Origin: a virus
Direction: 5' to 3' (one strand)
DNA: 57,018 nucleotides
Virus record (IMG/VR): IMGVR_UViG_3300035703_000114
The notes below the pieces were generated by a model, which saw only the letters and a program-made list of their open reading frames with translations, searched no databases and had not been told where the DNA came from. Below, in pieces: positions 35,500 to 44,220 of this stretch. Position 1 is the stretch's first letter. The number at the start of each line of letters is the position of its first letter. A program made the position numbers and the translations under genes.

Positions 35500-36135
35500 T
35501 TACCGGGAGCCGACAGAGCGGATGAGCTTGTTGACCTTGGCCTCACCGACTCCGTAGCGCTCAGTCCAGATGCGGTGCTGGGAGTTGATGAGAAAGCTCC
35601 AGCCCAGGAAAGGGTGATGAACGAATTCCCCGACGTTATTCTGCCCCATGACGGCTGCCATGAAGTAGCCGATGCCGTGCGTGAAGCCTTCCGGGTAGTC
35701 AGTGGGCTGGTTGCGAGCGCGCAACGCGCCGATTTCTGGGAAGCCCGGCGAAAAGAAGATCGGGATCATGCCGAAGCCGTCCCAATCGACCAGTGAGTAG
35801 TCGATGCACTGGGAGACGATTTTTGCGTTGGTCTTGCGATCGCGCATGCCTTCAGCTCGATCAGTGCAGGGCATTTTGATTTCGATGCCGAGGGCGATAT
35901 CTGGTCGTGACCACAGGTGAGGGTTGCGTGGGCGTGCGATGGCGTCGACGCGAAGGCGCTTGCCGGTGGGATGCGTACCCCAGTGCTCGAGGGAGAGGTC
36001 GAAATGCGGTTCGAGGGCGGCGAAGACGACCTGAGCGAATTCAGCTTCAGTCAAAACTAAGCGAATAAAGACGCGCAATCTTACCCCAAAAACCCGCGAT
36101 AAAAAAGTGTCACGGTCAGATCCCTTGCGGCGCAA
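35500..36135 (-). CDS. PD-(D/E)XK nuclease-fold protein
   Basis: Motif RVDAIARP...x16...IALGIEIK fits D...(D/E)xK. The true start is probably internal (TTG at 36054), because the 5' end of the ORF runs into the iteron field. Confidence 0.6.
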   Translation of the reverse strand: MRRKGSDRDTFLSRVFGVRLRVFIRLVLTEAEFAQVVFAALEPHFDLSLEHWGTHPTGKRLRVDAIARPRNPHLWSRPDIALGIEIKMPCTDRAEGMRDRKTNAKIVSQCIDYSLVDWDGFGMIPIFFSPGFPEIGALRARNQPTDYPEGFTHGIGYFMAAVMGQNNVGEFVHHPFLGWSFLINSQHRIWTERYGVGEAKVNKLIRSVGSR

Positions 36136-36428
36136 GCGTTGTCACGGAATCGGACCCGACCGTGACACAACCGTGACACCGAAACCCCTTGCAGCGCAGT
36201 CGTTGTCACGTTGTCACGGTAAATACCTATATAGATATCCCCCTTATAGAGAAGTAAGTAAGTAAGTACACGCGCGTATAGGGGGCTATATCCCATGAAA
36301 AAAGCGTGACAACGTGACATCCCTTCTGCTGGAAGGGGTCTCGCTGTCACGCTCACCGTGACACTACCGTGACATTTAATTAATTTAAGCCGAGATCCGT
36401 TGCTGTGACTGGGATCTCGGGCGTGACA
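36108..36428. repeat. Iteron field: at least 12 copies of CGTGACA/TGTCACG around an AT-rich core; putative replication origin
   Basis: TGTCACG at 36108, 36140, 36204, 36212 and 36345. CGTGACA at 36161, 36172, 36305, 36313, 36357, 36368 and 36422. Longer unit CCCTTGC(G/A)GCGCA(A/G)(G/T)CGTTGTCACG occurs twice. The core holds the imperfect palindrome GATATCCCCCTTATA/TATAGGGGGCTATATC and (AGTA)4 at 36253..36268. Confidence 0.7.
36390..36420 (-). terminator. Stem-loop just after the primase-helicase stop (possible terminator)
   Basis: CCGAGATCC / GGATCTCGG form a 9-bp stem with a 13-nt loop. The tail is A/T-rich rather than a clean T-run. Confidence 0.4.
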
Positions 36429-36429
36429 C

Positions 36430-39099
36430 TCAGTCCAGATGTGCCAACGGAATCAGGGTAGCCCTGGAAGTCTTCGATCCGGCGAATCTGATCGCCTCGG
36501 AGCTGGCCGAAGCGCCGAGAACCCGCTTCAGCGCTTGCTTATGGGCTCCTCCACTCCATGGCGTTTCGCGTAACAAACCGTTCAGGTTGGTATTCGCATT
36601 AGCAATCGCAAGTTGAGACTCATGAATCTTGATCCCGTAGCGACCGAGGATGCGGTCGGCATCGTCTAAGCAGTCTTCGATGCGTCCAAACCTGGGACCG
36701 CGCGATGCTTCGATGAGCTCTAGTACAGACATACGCCTTCCGCCTGTTATCGGAATTAAGCATTCGAGGATGAAGCCCAGGCATTTGTCCTCATCAGCCC
36801 CGCGTTCTGTAGTCGCGCGGTTGGCCCAGTCCATCTGATCGACCCATTTGTTCGCGGTCTCTTGGGCGATCACAGAGCCGCCCTGAGGCTGCAGCGAATA
36901 AGCCCCCGCGAGCAGCGTCCCGTGTTGATCGCCGAAACGTTGCCCGTAATTACGAGCAAGCGCGCTGGCGAAGACCCGAGAGTTCTCGCGGATAGCCGGA
37001 ATGCGCTGGAGCGTGCGAGCGATCAGTGCGCGACCGTTCTCGATGGTGCAGTGCTGAGCGAGGGCGGCCTCGAGGCTGCGCCAATGGTCTGCAGGGGCCT
37101 CTGAGGCGTTACGAAGGGACAGGATGCAGAAGCGGTCCTGATCGGCGCCTTGAACGAGGGCGACGTTAATTGAAGACACGCAGAACATGGAGCGGATCTC
37201 GTAGCTGTTGCATCCGCCACCGGCTGTGCCCTTGATGACCTTGCCGCCCTCTGAGGATGCGATGCGGGCAAGGGCTAGGACGTTCTGGACGTTTTGCTTG
37301 TCGCGTTGCTCGTTCTGCTCAAATTCGTCGAAGACGACGGGGATGGCATCAGAGCGCAGGGTGCCGCGCAGGCCGGCTTCAGTGGTGCCACCAGTAGCGG
37401 CTTGGTACACGCCGCCGAGGAGTGGTCGCATGAACGAGCGCAGGATAGTGGTCTTACCGCAGCCCTTGCCGCCGGTGATCCAAATATGAGGGCGCCAGTC
37501 GAGCGCCCCGCAGACGGGTGCGAGGGCGATCCAACCCATGAGCAGAGCAGCGGAGGTGTCGTGCTCCCAGGAGAAGGTTTTGGCAATTTTGTAAATCGCA
37601 GCAGCAGCTTGGTCAGATAGCGGCTCGTCGCTTGGACCATCGAGCGGTTTGGCGTGCTCGTAGCTGTAGTAGGAGCTGATGCCGCCAACGACAGGGCATT
37701 CTTTGTTGTCGACGATAAGGCGCATGCCTAGATGGAAGATGACGCGATTGGCATCGACCCAGGCACCCCGACCACGAATGCGGTCGTGGTCGTAAACGCC
37801 TTTCTTTTGCGATTCGACAACCATCCACTCAACAGCCGAATCCCAGTCAACGCCTTCTTTGTTAGGAAAGTTTGATTCCCAGAAGTATTTGCCACCGAGC
37901 GTGATGAGGTGGAGCTTGGTGTGCGATGAAGTTGGCAGGGAGATGACTTGCGCAGTTCCATTTGGCATATAGAAGAAGGTGCCGTGGTCGTAACCGAGGA
38001 ACTGAAAAGGCAGCAGGACATGGTGATCGTCACTGGGCTGAGCTTGCTCTTCGCTCAGCGCTTGCTGACAGTCTTCAGGTAGTTGATATCCGTTCTGGAG
38101 CGCGACTTCAATAAGGCGCCGTATTGATGCGCGCCATTTTGTGTCTTGAATAGTTGGAATCTTTTTATCTGGCTCCCAAAAGCCTTCCGAGTACCAGGAT
38201 GCGGCGTCGCAGATTTCGGCAGCAGTTTTTTGTCCGAAGTGGTGAGTGATGCCGGCGAGGATTGCGAAGCAGGTGAGGTAAAGACCAGCGCCGTCTTCTT
38301 CGCGAAGTGGCGCATAGTCCCTGAGCATTTCCACAGCCAGTTCCTGCTGGCGCGAGCGGGGGAGCTTGGCGAACCAGTGGTGGCTGGGTTTTGCGGGTGC
38401 GTCAGATGCGCGTGTGATGAGCGATGGTGCGCAGGCTTGAATTTCTTCTGATGTGAAAGTTTCTTGCGACTGACTATGAATAACTGAGTATTGACCTGTT
38501 TTTGGGTGCTTGGCGCCAGGTATTCGCATCACCCGGCTTGGGTTGTTGATGCCTTTATCGGGCTTGGCATCTGGCGCAACGATTTCGATTGCGTTAGCGA
38601 GTCTGGTTTGCAGATCGCGAAATAAGCCGAGTGAGATTTCCTGGCCTGGTGTAAAGAGCCAGTAGTGGTGAAGCGACTTGCCGCCGGTCCAGACGGTGAG
38701 GCTTGGTTCTGGGAGACCTGCAAGCTGGGGGAGGACTTCCTGCTCTTCGATTGTTAGGCCACCATCGCATTCAGCCCATACGGCAATGGCTTCTTCGATG
38801 TGAGCATTAGATGCACCCCAAGCTTTCACGTAGCCCTTCGAGTTGAGGTGCTCGGGTTTTTCGCCCCAGTTGCGCGGCCGCTCCGAGGGTGGGTTGATTA
38901 CTAGGCCAAGGCTATGTGTTGGTTTCTCGCGGAGATATTTTTCTATTTCACGACGCGGAATTGCATCAGCTTCGCATTCAAAATGGCGGCAGGGTTTGGA
39001 TGGATCTGGAGGGTAGACGGCGAAGACAAGGGGGCCAGATGAGCGGCCGATTGCTTCCAGGAACTCGTCAACGGCATCCCAATTAACGATGGCACTCAT
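36430..39099 (-). CDS. Primase-polymerase (AEP) / SF3 helicase fusion protein (889 aa)
   Basis: The N-terminal region looks like a prim-pol domain (LVFAVYPPD..., GLVINPP, ...RVMRIPGAKHPKTG). The C-terminal half has Walker A ITGGKGCGKTT and Walker B PVVFDEFE, typical of D5/P4-type helicases. Confidence 0.85.
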   Translation of the reverse strand: MSAIVNWDAVDEFLEAIGRSSGPLVFAVYPPDPSKPCRHFECEADAIPRREIEKYLREKPTHSLGLVINPPSERPRNWGEKPEHLNSKGYVKAWGASNAHIEEAIAVWAECDGGLTIEEQEVLPQLAGLPEPSLTVWTGGKSLHHYWLFTPGQEISLGLFRDLQTRLANAIEIVAPDAKPDKGINNPSRVMRIPGAKHPKTGQYSVIHSQSQETFTSEEIQACAPSLITRASDAPAKPSHHWFAKLPRSRQQELAVEMLRDYAPLREEDGAGLYLTCFAILAGITHHFGQKTAAEICDAASWYSEGFWEPDKKIPTIQDTKWRASIRRLIEVALQNGYQLPEDCQQALSEEQAQPSDDHHVLLPFQFLGYDHGTFFYMPNGTAQVISLPTSSHTKLHLITLGGKYFWESNFPNKEGVDWDSAVEWMVVESQKKGVYDHDRIRGRGAWVDANRVIFHLGMRLIVDNKECPVVGGISSYYSYEHAKPLDGPSDEPLSDQAAAAIYKIAKTFSWEHDTSAALLMGWIALAPVCGALDWRPHIWITGGKGCGKTTILRSFMRPLLGGVYQAATGGTTEAGLRGTLRSDAIPVVFDEFEQNEQRDKQNVQNVLALARIASSEGGKVIKGTAGGGCNSYEIRSMFCVSSINVALVQGADQDRFCILSLRNASEAPADHWRSLEAALAQHCTIENGRALIARTLQRIPAIRENSRVFASALARNYGQRFGDQHGTLLAGAYSLQPQGGSVIAQETANKWVDQMDWANRATTERGADEDKCLGFILECLIPITGGRRMSVLELIEASRGPRFGRIEDCLDDADRILGRYGIKIHESQLAIANANTNLNGLLRETPWSGGAHKQALKRVLGASASSEAIRFAGSKTSRATLIPLAHLD

Positions 39100-39260
39100 G
39101 AGCGATCAGCGGCGGCGGTGAGCTGTTGATCGCGGCGCATGGCTTCGTCAACGAGGATGCGCAGGACGGCGCTGCGGGAGATACCTGCTGAGCGCCTGGA
39201 ATCAAGCCATAGCAACTGTTCTTGGGTGAACTGAACGGAGAGGGGATGGGCGAGTTCCAT
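39096..39260 (-). CDS. Ribbon-helix-helix (CopG/Arc-like) protein, 54 aa (below the ORF-track cut-off)
   Basis: Manual translation gives MELAHPLSVQFTQEQLLWLDSRRSAGISRSAVLRILVDEAMRRDQQLTAAADRS (beta strand then two helices). ATGA overlap with the primase start. First gene of the leftward arm. Confidence 0.65.
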   Translation of the reverse strand: MELAHPLSVQFTQEQLLWLDSRRSAGISRSAVLRILVDEAMRRDQQLTAAADRS

Positions 39261-39274
39261 GTTTTCTAGCGTTT

Positions 39275-39315
39275 TGCCTTGACAGGCTAGCGGATCCTGC
39301 TATGGTGTCAAGGCA
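39275..39315. promoter_or_regulatory. Divergent promoter/operator switch: perfect 10-bp inverted repeat TGCCTTGACA-N21-TGTCAAGGCA
   Basis: Each arm contains a TTGACA -35. Rightward promoter is TTGACA-16-TATGGT. Leftward promoter is TTGACA-16-TAGCCT. The two promoters interdigitate in the 41-bp gap between the two transcription arms. Confidence 0.65.
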
Positions 39316-39901
39316 GAACCGTTTTTTTGTCGTGAAGCTTCCTGTCTCTACATCTTGGGATAGTCTTGACTGCCCTTTGTGCAGCGCAAATTATCTGCAT
39401 CATGTAGCTCTTACGTATTATTCCCGCATGGAGGACGCCAAAAGAGGTGAATGCGTGCTTTTAGATAGTTCTTGTGCTGACAATGATGAGCCTCAATTCC
39501 TTTGCTCTCATGTATCAAATGCAGCTATGACTCACTGCCCTAGTCCCAGAAGAGACGGCATGAGCATACACTTTAGGTGCGAAAATTGCGAAAGCAAACC
39601 AAAACTTTTGATTTACCAGCATAAAGGTCAAACTTTTATTGAATGGGATAAAACCACTGTTGTCGAATCTTCGCTTGAAGAACGACAATTTAAGCGCGAA
39701 CCAATCAGGCCAAGTGTTCGTTTTCAAGTTCTAAAACGCGACGGTTATGCTTGCCAAATATGTGGAGCAACTGCTGCAGATGGTGCAAAACTCGAAATTG
39801 ATCACATCTTCCCAGTAGGCAGAGGCGGGCAAAATGACGAAGAAAATTTACAGGTTTTGTGCCGCAATTGCAATATCGGAAAATCGGATAGTTTTCAATG
39901 A
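39302..39901 (+). CDS. HNH endonuclease with an N-terminal Cys-rich domain
   Basis: C-terminus RFQVLKRDGYACQICG...LEIDHIFPVGRGGQNDEENLQVLCRNCNIGK is a classic HNH motif. N-terminal CPLC...CENC. The true start is probably GTG 39332, because ATG 39302 lies inside the predicted -10. Confidence 0.8.
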   Translation: MVSRQNRFFVVKLPVSTSWDSLDCPLCSANYLHHVALTYYSRMEDAKRGECVLLDSSCADNDEPQFLCSHVSNAAMTHCPSPRRDGMSIHFRCENCESKPKLLIYQHKGQTFIEWDKTTVVESSLEERQFKREPIRPSVRFQVLKRDGYACQICGATAADGAKLEIDHIFPVGRGGQNDEENLQVLCRNCNIGKSDSFQ

Positions 39902-41307
39902 CGGATCAACTACGTCCGCGCCAAATCAAGGCGCTGACTGACGTTAGAGCTTCTTATGCTGCTCGATATCGCGCACCCGTGCTGGTTGCTGCCACTGGTT
40001 TTGGCAAGACCCACACCAGCGCTGAGATTATCCGAAGCGCTATAGAGCGCGGCAGTTGCGTATGGTTTCTCGCTCATTTGCGCGAGATTCTTGATGATAC
40101 CTGCAAGCGATTAGACGACGCTGGCATACGTTACGGCCGAATAATGGCTGGCGCTCCATCGGAGCCACATATTCCGGTACAGGTTGTAAGCGTGCAGACT
40201 GCGGTCCGACGTGATGGCTTGCGAAAGCCGGATCTGATTATTGTCGACGAATGCCACTTAGCGGTTGCCAGTACATACCAGAAAGTGTTTCAAGCTGCGG
40301 GTAATCCGCGATTGCTTGGACTGACTGGCACACCGTGTCGCTTAGATGGGCGTGGTCTAGGTGAAATGTTTGACTGCATTGTGCCGACATGTAGCACAGG
40401 TGATCTTATCGAAGAGGGTCTGCTTGCGCCGATTAAGTATTACGCACCATATAAACCTGATCTGACTGCGCTGCATATGCGTGCAGGTGATTATGCGCGT
40501 GATGAGCTAGAAAAAGCGATTGATCAGCCGACGATTACTGGCGACGCTGTTAAGCATTATCAAAAGATGTGCCATAACAAATCTGCTGTCGTGTTCTGCG
40601 TCAGCATCAGCCATTCGGAACATGTTGCGCATTCTTTTAGGTTGGCAGGGTATCGAGCTGTTGCTGTTTCTGGAGAGTCGACGAAAGCTGAGCGTGAAGA
40701 GGCTCTTAATGGTTTGCGATCTGGCTCGATTGATGTTGTGTGCAACGCCCAACTATGGGTAGCGGGCGTTGATGTGCCAAATATCGAGTGCATCATTCTG
40801 CTCAGACCTACCAAGAGTTTGACGTTTTACCTGCAGGCCATCGGACGCGGCCTTCGCTTAGCGCCAGGTAAAACGCATTGCACGGTTTTAGATCATGCGG
40901 GTTGTGTGTTTGAACATGGCCCGCCGCAGATTGCGCGTGAATGGACGTTAGATGCGAAGAAAAAGCGAAAGAAAAAAGAAAATGTACCAGCGATTAAACA
41001 GTGTCCGATGTGTTTCGGTGTGCATGAGCCAGCACCGGTGTGTCCGTTGTGCGGGCATATTTATACGACGGTGCAGCGCAGTGGGCCGCAGCAGGTTGAT
41101 GGTGAGCTTGTTGAGTTCACTATGCGGGAGGCTGCAGCGCTGGAGAGGAAGGAGGTTAAGGATAAGAAAAGAGAGCAAGCTGCGGCTAAGTCGCTGTCAG
41201 AATTGGAAGCAATTGCCCGTCAACGGGGGTATAAGCCAGGGTGGGCCAAGCGAGTAATGGCTGCACGGGAGGCCAAGCGAGCCGCCGCGAGTGGAATACT
41301 CCGGTGA
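39898..41307 (+). CDS. SF2 DEAD/DEAH-type helicase (469 aa) with a C-terminal zinc ribbon
   Basis: Walker A AATGFGKTH, Walker B IIVDECH, motif III TGTP, helicase C region (VFCVSISHSE...QAIGRGLR), then CPMCFG...CPLCGH. Confidence 0.88.
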   Translation: MTDQLRPRQIKALTDVRASYAARYRAPVLVAATGFGKTHTSAEIIRSAIERGSCVWFLAHLREILDDTCKRLDDAGIRYGRIMAGAPSEPHIPVQVVSVQTAVRRDGLRKPDLIIVDECHLAVASTYQKVFQAAGNPRLLGLTGTPCRLDGRGLGEMFDCIVPTCSTGDLIEEGLLAPIKYYAPYKPDLTALHMRAGDYARDELEKAIDQPTITGDAVKHYQKMCHNKSAVVFCVSISHSEHVAHSFRLAGYRAVAVSGESTKAEREEALNGLRSGSIDVVCNAQLWVAGVDVPNIECIILLRPTKSLTFYLQAIGRGLRLAPGKTHCTVLDHAGCVFEHGPPQIAREWTLDAKKKRKKKENVPAIKQCPMCFGVHEPAPVCPLCGHIYTTVQRSGPQQVDGELVEFTMREAAALERKEVKDKKREQAAAKSLSELEAIARQRGYKPGWAKRVMAAREAKRAAASGILR

Positions 41308-41474
41308 GGGAGCCATGGAACATATTGATCAAGGAGTGCCTGTCAGCGGTTGATCGGCATAACTGTGCGTATTTCGAGACAGGTGACGCTAGGCACATAC
41401 ACCTAGCAGCCAAGTTGCGCAATTATGTAATGGAGCTAAAGGTACTGATCCATGAGCTTGAAGCTAATTCTTGA
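41304..41474 (+). CDS. Small hypothetical protein (56 aa, GTG start)
   Basis: GTGA overlap with the helicase stop. Sequence MREPWNILIKECLSAVDRHNCAYFETGDARHIHLAAKLRNYVMELKVLIHELEANS. Confidence 0.4.
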   Translation: MREPWNILIKECLSAVDRHNCAYFETGDARHIHLAAKLRNYVMELKVLIHELEANS

Positions 41475-41511
41475 ATTATGCGCAGCATATGTAGGTGTTT
41501 GCTCTGCGCTG

Positions 41512-41799
41512 CTATGGATGGCGTGGTTGATTTTGCCCTAGCCAGAGCACGATTGCCCATTCGCGTGTAGCAGTCCAGAAGGGCTGGGAACGATACCAAG
41601 TGATCCAGTCTTTGTGCCCTTTGGATGAGTTACAAGCAAGACAGCAGGATACGACGTTGTGAAGGTCTGCTGAGCCACCAAGAGCTTTAGGGATGACGTG
41701 ATCGAGAGTGCCAGAGCGGCCGAGATGCTCTCCGCAGTAGCAACATTTGAAGTCCCACATTAAGTGGATTTGATCGCGTTGCTTACGAGGAAGTCGCAT
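41512..41799 (-). CDS. HNH endonuclease (95 aa), opposite strand to its neighbours
   Basis: CCYCGEHLGRSGTLDHVIPKALGGSADLHNVVSCCLACNSSKGHKD. Confidence 0.85.
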   Translation of the reverse strand: MRLPRKQRDQIHLMWDFKCCYCGEHLGRSGTLDHVIPKALGGSADLHNVVSCCLACNSSKGHKDWITWYRSQPFWTATREWAIVLWLGQNQPRHP

Positions 41800-41965
41800 T
41801 GTCCCAGCGCGGCAGGACGAATACGCCTACGTCTAGGTCGATGATGTCGTCGTCGTTATGAATAAATTCGGTTAGTTGAGAGTAGATATTGGCGGGTAGT
41901 TCGTCAGCAGGCAGATCAGAGCGCAGGATGAGTTTGGCGCTGATCTCGATGAGGTGTGCCTGCAT
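41783..41965 (-). CDS. Small acidic hypothetical protein (60 aa from the internal ATG)
   Basis: MQAHLIEISAKLILRSDLPADELPANIYSQLTEFIHNDDDIIDLDVG.... Overlaps the HNH start by 17 nt. Confidence 0.4.
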   Translation of the reverse strand: MQAHLIEISAKLILRSDLPADELPANIYSQLTEFIHNDDDIIDLDVGVFVLPRWDNATSS

Positions 41966-42114
41966 TCGCTGGCCGCAGCTTGTTACACGGTAGCGATAGC
42001 TGCATAAGGGGTTGCCCGGTGACCAGGGCTCACGCACCACTGGTCTTACCGCTGCCGGGCGCAACGGTACCGCCTAGATCCTCAAAAAAGGTCTAGGCCA
42101 ATAGGATAGCGGCC

Positions 42115-42471
42115 ATGAGCGAAACCGCGATACAGCAGACGATCAGGTTGGCGTTGGGGAAGGTACGCCACCTGAGGCTGTTTAGAAACAATGTTGGCAA
42201 GCTGCCGGACCCAAGGACTGGTAGGTGGGTTGAGTTCGGTGTTGGTGGGACTGGCGCGGCGGATTTGCTTGGGTGGCGGACGGTGACGGTGACACCGGAG
42301 ATGGTGGGTCAACAGATCGCGCAATTCGTGAGCTTGGAGGTGAAGACCGCGACTGGGAGGGTGAGGCCGGAGCAAGAGAACTGGCGGCGAGTGGTGATAG
42401 AGGCTGGTGGAGTGGCTGCTGTGGTGCGGAGCGTGAAGGATGCGGAGCGAGCGCTAGGGTTGGGAGGATAG
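42115..42471 (+). CDS. VRR-NUC domain nuclease
   Basis: GAADLLGW...FVSLEVKTATGRVRPEQENWRRVVIEAGGVAAVVRS follows the VRR-NUC D...E-x-K...Q-x-x-W pattern. Confidence 0.8.
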   Translation: MSETAIQQTIRLALGKVRHLRLFRNNVGKLPDPRTGRWVEFGVGGTGAADLLGWRTVTVTPEMVGQQIAQFVSLEVKTATGRVRPEQENWRRVVIEAGGVAAVVRSVKDAERALGLGG

Positions 42472-42525
42472 AGCCCAGATCCCTGCTGCTGCAGCACATC
42501 TGGGCCATTCAATGCGACAAACCCT

Positions 42526-42726
42526 TTACACCTGCGATTCGGCGTCTTGGGTCCGTTGTTCTTCGATGGCGCTGAGTTGAATGCGAGTCCAGAGAGCTAG
42601 GCGACCAAGGCTGATCACCATGTCAGCTTCTTCAGCGCTGCCAGCATCGCTGCAGAGAATCGGAAGATGGTGGGCGATCCAGTCGTTGAGCTTGTTGCGA
42701 GCGTCCCGGACGGATGCATGGTGCAC
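42526..42726 (-). CDS. Hypothetical protein (66 aa) on the opposite strand
   Basis: ORF only; helical-looking sequence. Sits alone between plus-strand genes. Confidence 0.35.
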   Translation of the reverse strand: MHHASVRDARNKLNDWIAHHLPILCSDAGSAEEADMVISLGRLALWTRIQLSAIEEQRTQDAESQV

Positions 42727-42835
42727 GGCATTGAAGGCGAGGTGATCACTACCTATTGCCGACCTGGATTATGCAAGGCATTGCGCTTAAGCGGATTATG
42801 GGTTAGGGTGTGTGGGCCATCGAGGCTTACCGCTT

Positions 42836-43063
42836 ATGGATTGGACTGAGATTTTGGAGCGAGCGGGGGTGCCCGACTCGCCAGGCAGGGTGGAAACGCT
42901 CAGGCGGCTGCGTGAGGAGCGCCCGTTTGTTGCGACGGTTAGGAGCCGGTCAACGCAGCTCGTGAAGACGCTCAGGATTGAAGCGCGTGACTATTCGCAC
43001 GCTTTGATCAAGGTGCGCGGCATGCTGGCTGGGCACACGCTGGTTCGCCTTGCGGAGGATTGA
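42836..43063 (+). CDS. Hypothetical protein (75 aa)
   Basis: ATG at 42836 (MDWTEILERAGVPDSPGRVETLRRLREERP...). The ORF track begins at a GTG 24 nt upstream. Confidence 0.55.
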   Translation: MDWTEILERAGVPDSPGRVETLRRLREERPFVATVRSRSTQLVKTLRIEARDYSHALIKVRGMLAGHTLVRLAED

Positions 43064-43065
43064 TC

Positions 43066-43203
43066 GTGACAACACGCCGTTTTGGAGATGTTTGTGCATT
43101 TGTGATTGCTGCTTGGGCATTCGCGATGCTTGGCATTGAAGCTGCTGCTCACCATGGCAGCACGCATTCAGGTACGCAGCCGGTGGTGGAGGTGCGGAAG
43201 TGA
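43066..43203 (+). CDS. Small membrane protein (45 aa, GTG start, below cut-off)
   Basis: MTTRRFGDVCAFVIAAWAFAMLGIEAAAHHGS.... One hydrophobic helix. Starts 2 nt after the previous stop. Confidence 0.4.
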   Translation: MTTRRFGDVCAFVIAAWAFAMLGIEAAAHHGSTHSGTQPVVEVRK

Positions 43204-43346
43204 CTGACCGCCGCTTCGTTTTTGCTTTTCCGAGTTTGAACCTTTATGAGGTGATCTGGGCTGTGTCTGCTGTTGAGGCTAGGCACAGGCTGATGAATTC
43301 TGATCTTGCCCCTTACTACGGTATTGCCGTATTGCTTAACCCATGA
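43200..43346 (+). CDS. Small hypothetical protein (48 aa, GTG start, below cut-off)
   Basis: GTGA overlap upstream and ATGA overlap with the exonuclease gene downstream. Sequence MTDRRFVFAFPSLNLYEVIWAVSAVEARHRLMNSDLAPYYGIAVLLNP. Confidence 0.45.
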   Translation: MTDRRFVFAFPSLNLYEVIWAVSAVEARHRLMNSDLAPYYGIAVLLNP

Positions 43347-44011
43347 ATTTATTAATTGTTGACACGGAGACCACAGGTCTTACGCCTGCTGATGCGCGAT
43401 GCATTGAGGTAGGCGGAATTTTGTTTAGCGTTGATGATCGCGCTGTGATTGGGCAATGCTCATTTCTACTGCCAACAGATGAGAATCCAGTTGCGCACAT
43501 CAATGGAATCAGAGCAGAGCTGACAAAGCGGCCACAGGCTGCAAGATCAGGTCTCGAGTATTTTTATGCTTTAGCTAAACATGCTGATTACGTGGTTGCT
43601 CATAATGCTGATTTTGATCAGCAGTGGTTTGGGCAGGGACCGTTGCCTGCGCTGACGCAACGTTGGCTTTGCACGATGGAAGACTTTGATTGGCCGCGTA
43701 TAAACCGGACCCGTGCGAGTGTCATGCATTTGGCGGTTGCGTATGGAGTGCCGGTATGGGCCGCTCACCGTGCGTTGACTGACTGTATTTATTTAGCGCA
43801 GGTGATGGAACGTGAATCAGATTTGGAGGTGCTGATTGTTAATGCGTTAGAGCCTAAAAAAACCTACATGGCTCTTGTTAGCTACGAAGACCGTCAGAAA
43901 GCGAAGGATGCCGGCTTCCGATGGGATGGCGAGCAGCGGCGGTGGCTGCGGAAGATGAGGGACTATCAGGTGAGCGAGCTGAATTTTGATGTCCGGGAGG
44001 TGGCGGCGTGA
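43343..44011 (+). CDS. DnaQ-like 3'-5' exonuclease with a short basic C-terminal module
   Basis: Exo I LIVDTETTGL, Exo II VVAHNADFDQQW, Exo III HRALTDCIY. The C-terminal YEDRQKAKDAGFRWDGEQRRWLRKM resembles the DUF5710-type module (from memory). Confidence 0.88.
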   Translation: MNLLIVDTETTGLTPADARCIEVGGILFSVDDRAVIGQCSFLLPTDENPVAHINGIRAELTKRPQAARSGLEYFYALAKHADYVVAHNADFDQQWFGQGPLPALTQRWLCTMEDFDWPRINRTRASVMHLAVAYGVPVWAAHRALTDCIYLAQVMERESDLEVLIVNALEPKKTYMALVSYEDRQKAKDAGFRWDGEQRRWLRKMRDYQVSELNFDVREVAA

Positions 44012-44220
44012 CACCAGTGGAGAGGAAGCGCATGATTAAGAAACTGCGCGATGCTTACCAGTGCTGTAAGGATTGCGGACGCGAGTGGGGTGTTTATAGC
44101 GTTGGATGTAGCAGCACTTGGATTGGCAAGTGTGATGTATGCGGCGAAGAGAGGGGCGTAACCGAAACTCGAGATTACGCTTATTTGATTACAGGAATTC
44201 GGAGGCTGTTGAATGACTGA
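44008..44220 (+). CDS. Small zinc-ribbon protein (70 aa)
   Basis: CCKDCG...x17...CDVCGEE. GTGA overlap with the exonuclease stop. Confidence 0.6.
   Translation: MTPVERKRMIKKLRDAYQCCKDCGREWGVYSVGCSSTWIGKCDVCGEERGVTETRDYAYLITGIRRLLND

Noticed and set aside
36108-36428. Possible CRISPR array, because of many short repeats
   Set aside because: The repeats are only 7 bp (25 bp at most), occur in both orientations and are irregularly spaced around an AT-rich core. This is iteron/origin architecture, not repeat-spacer architecture.
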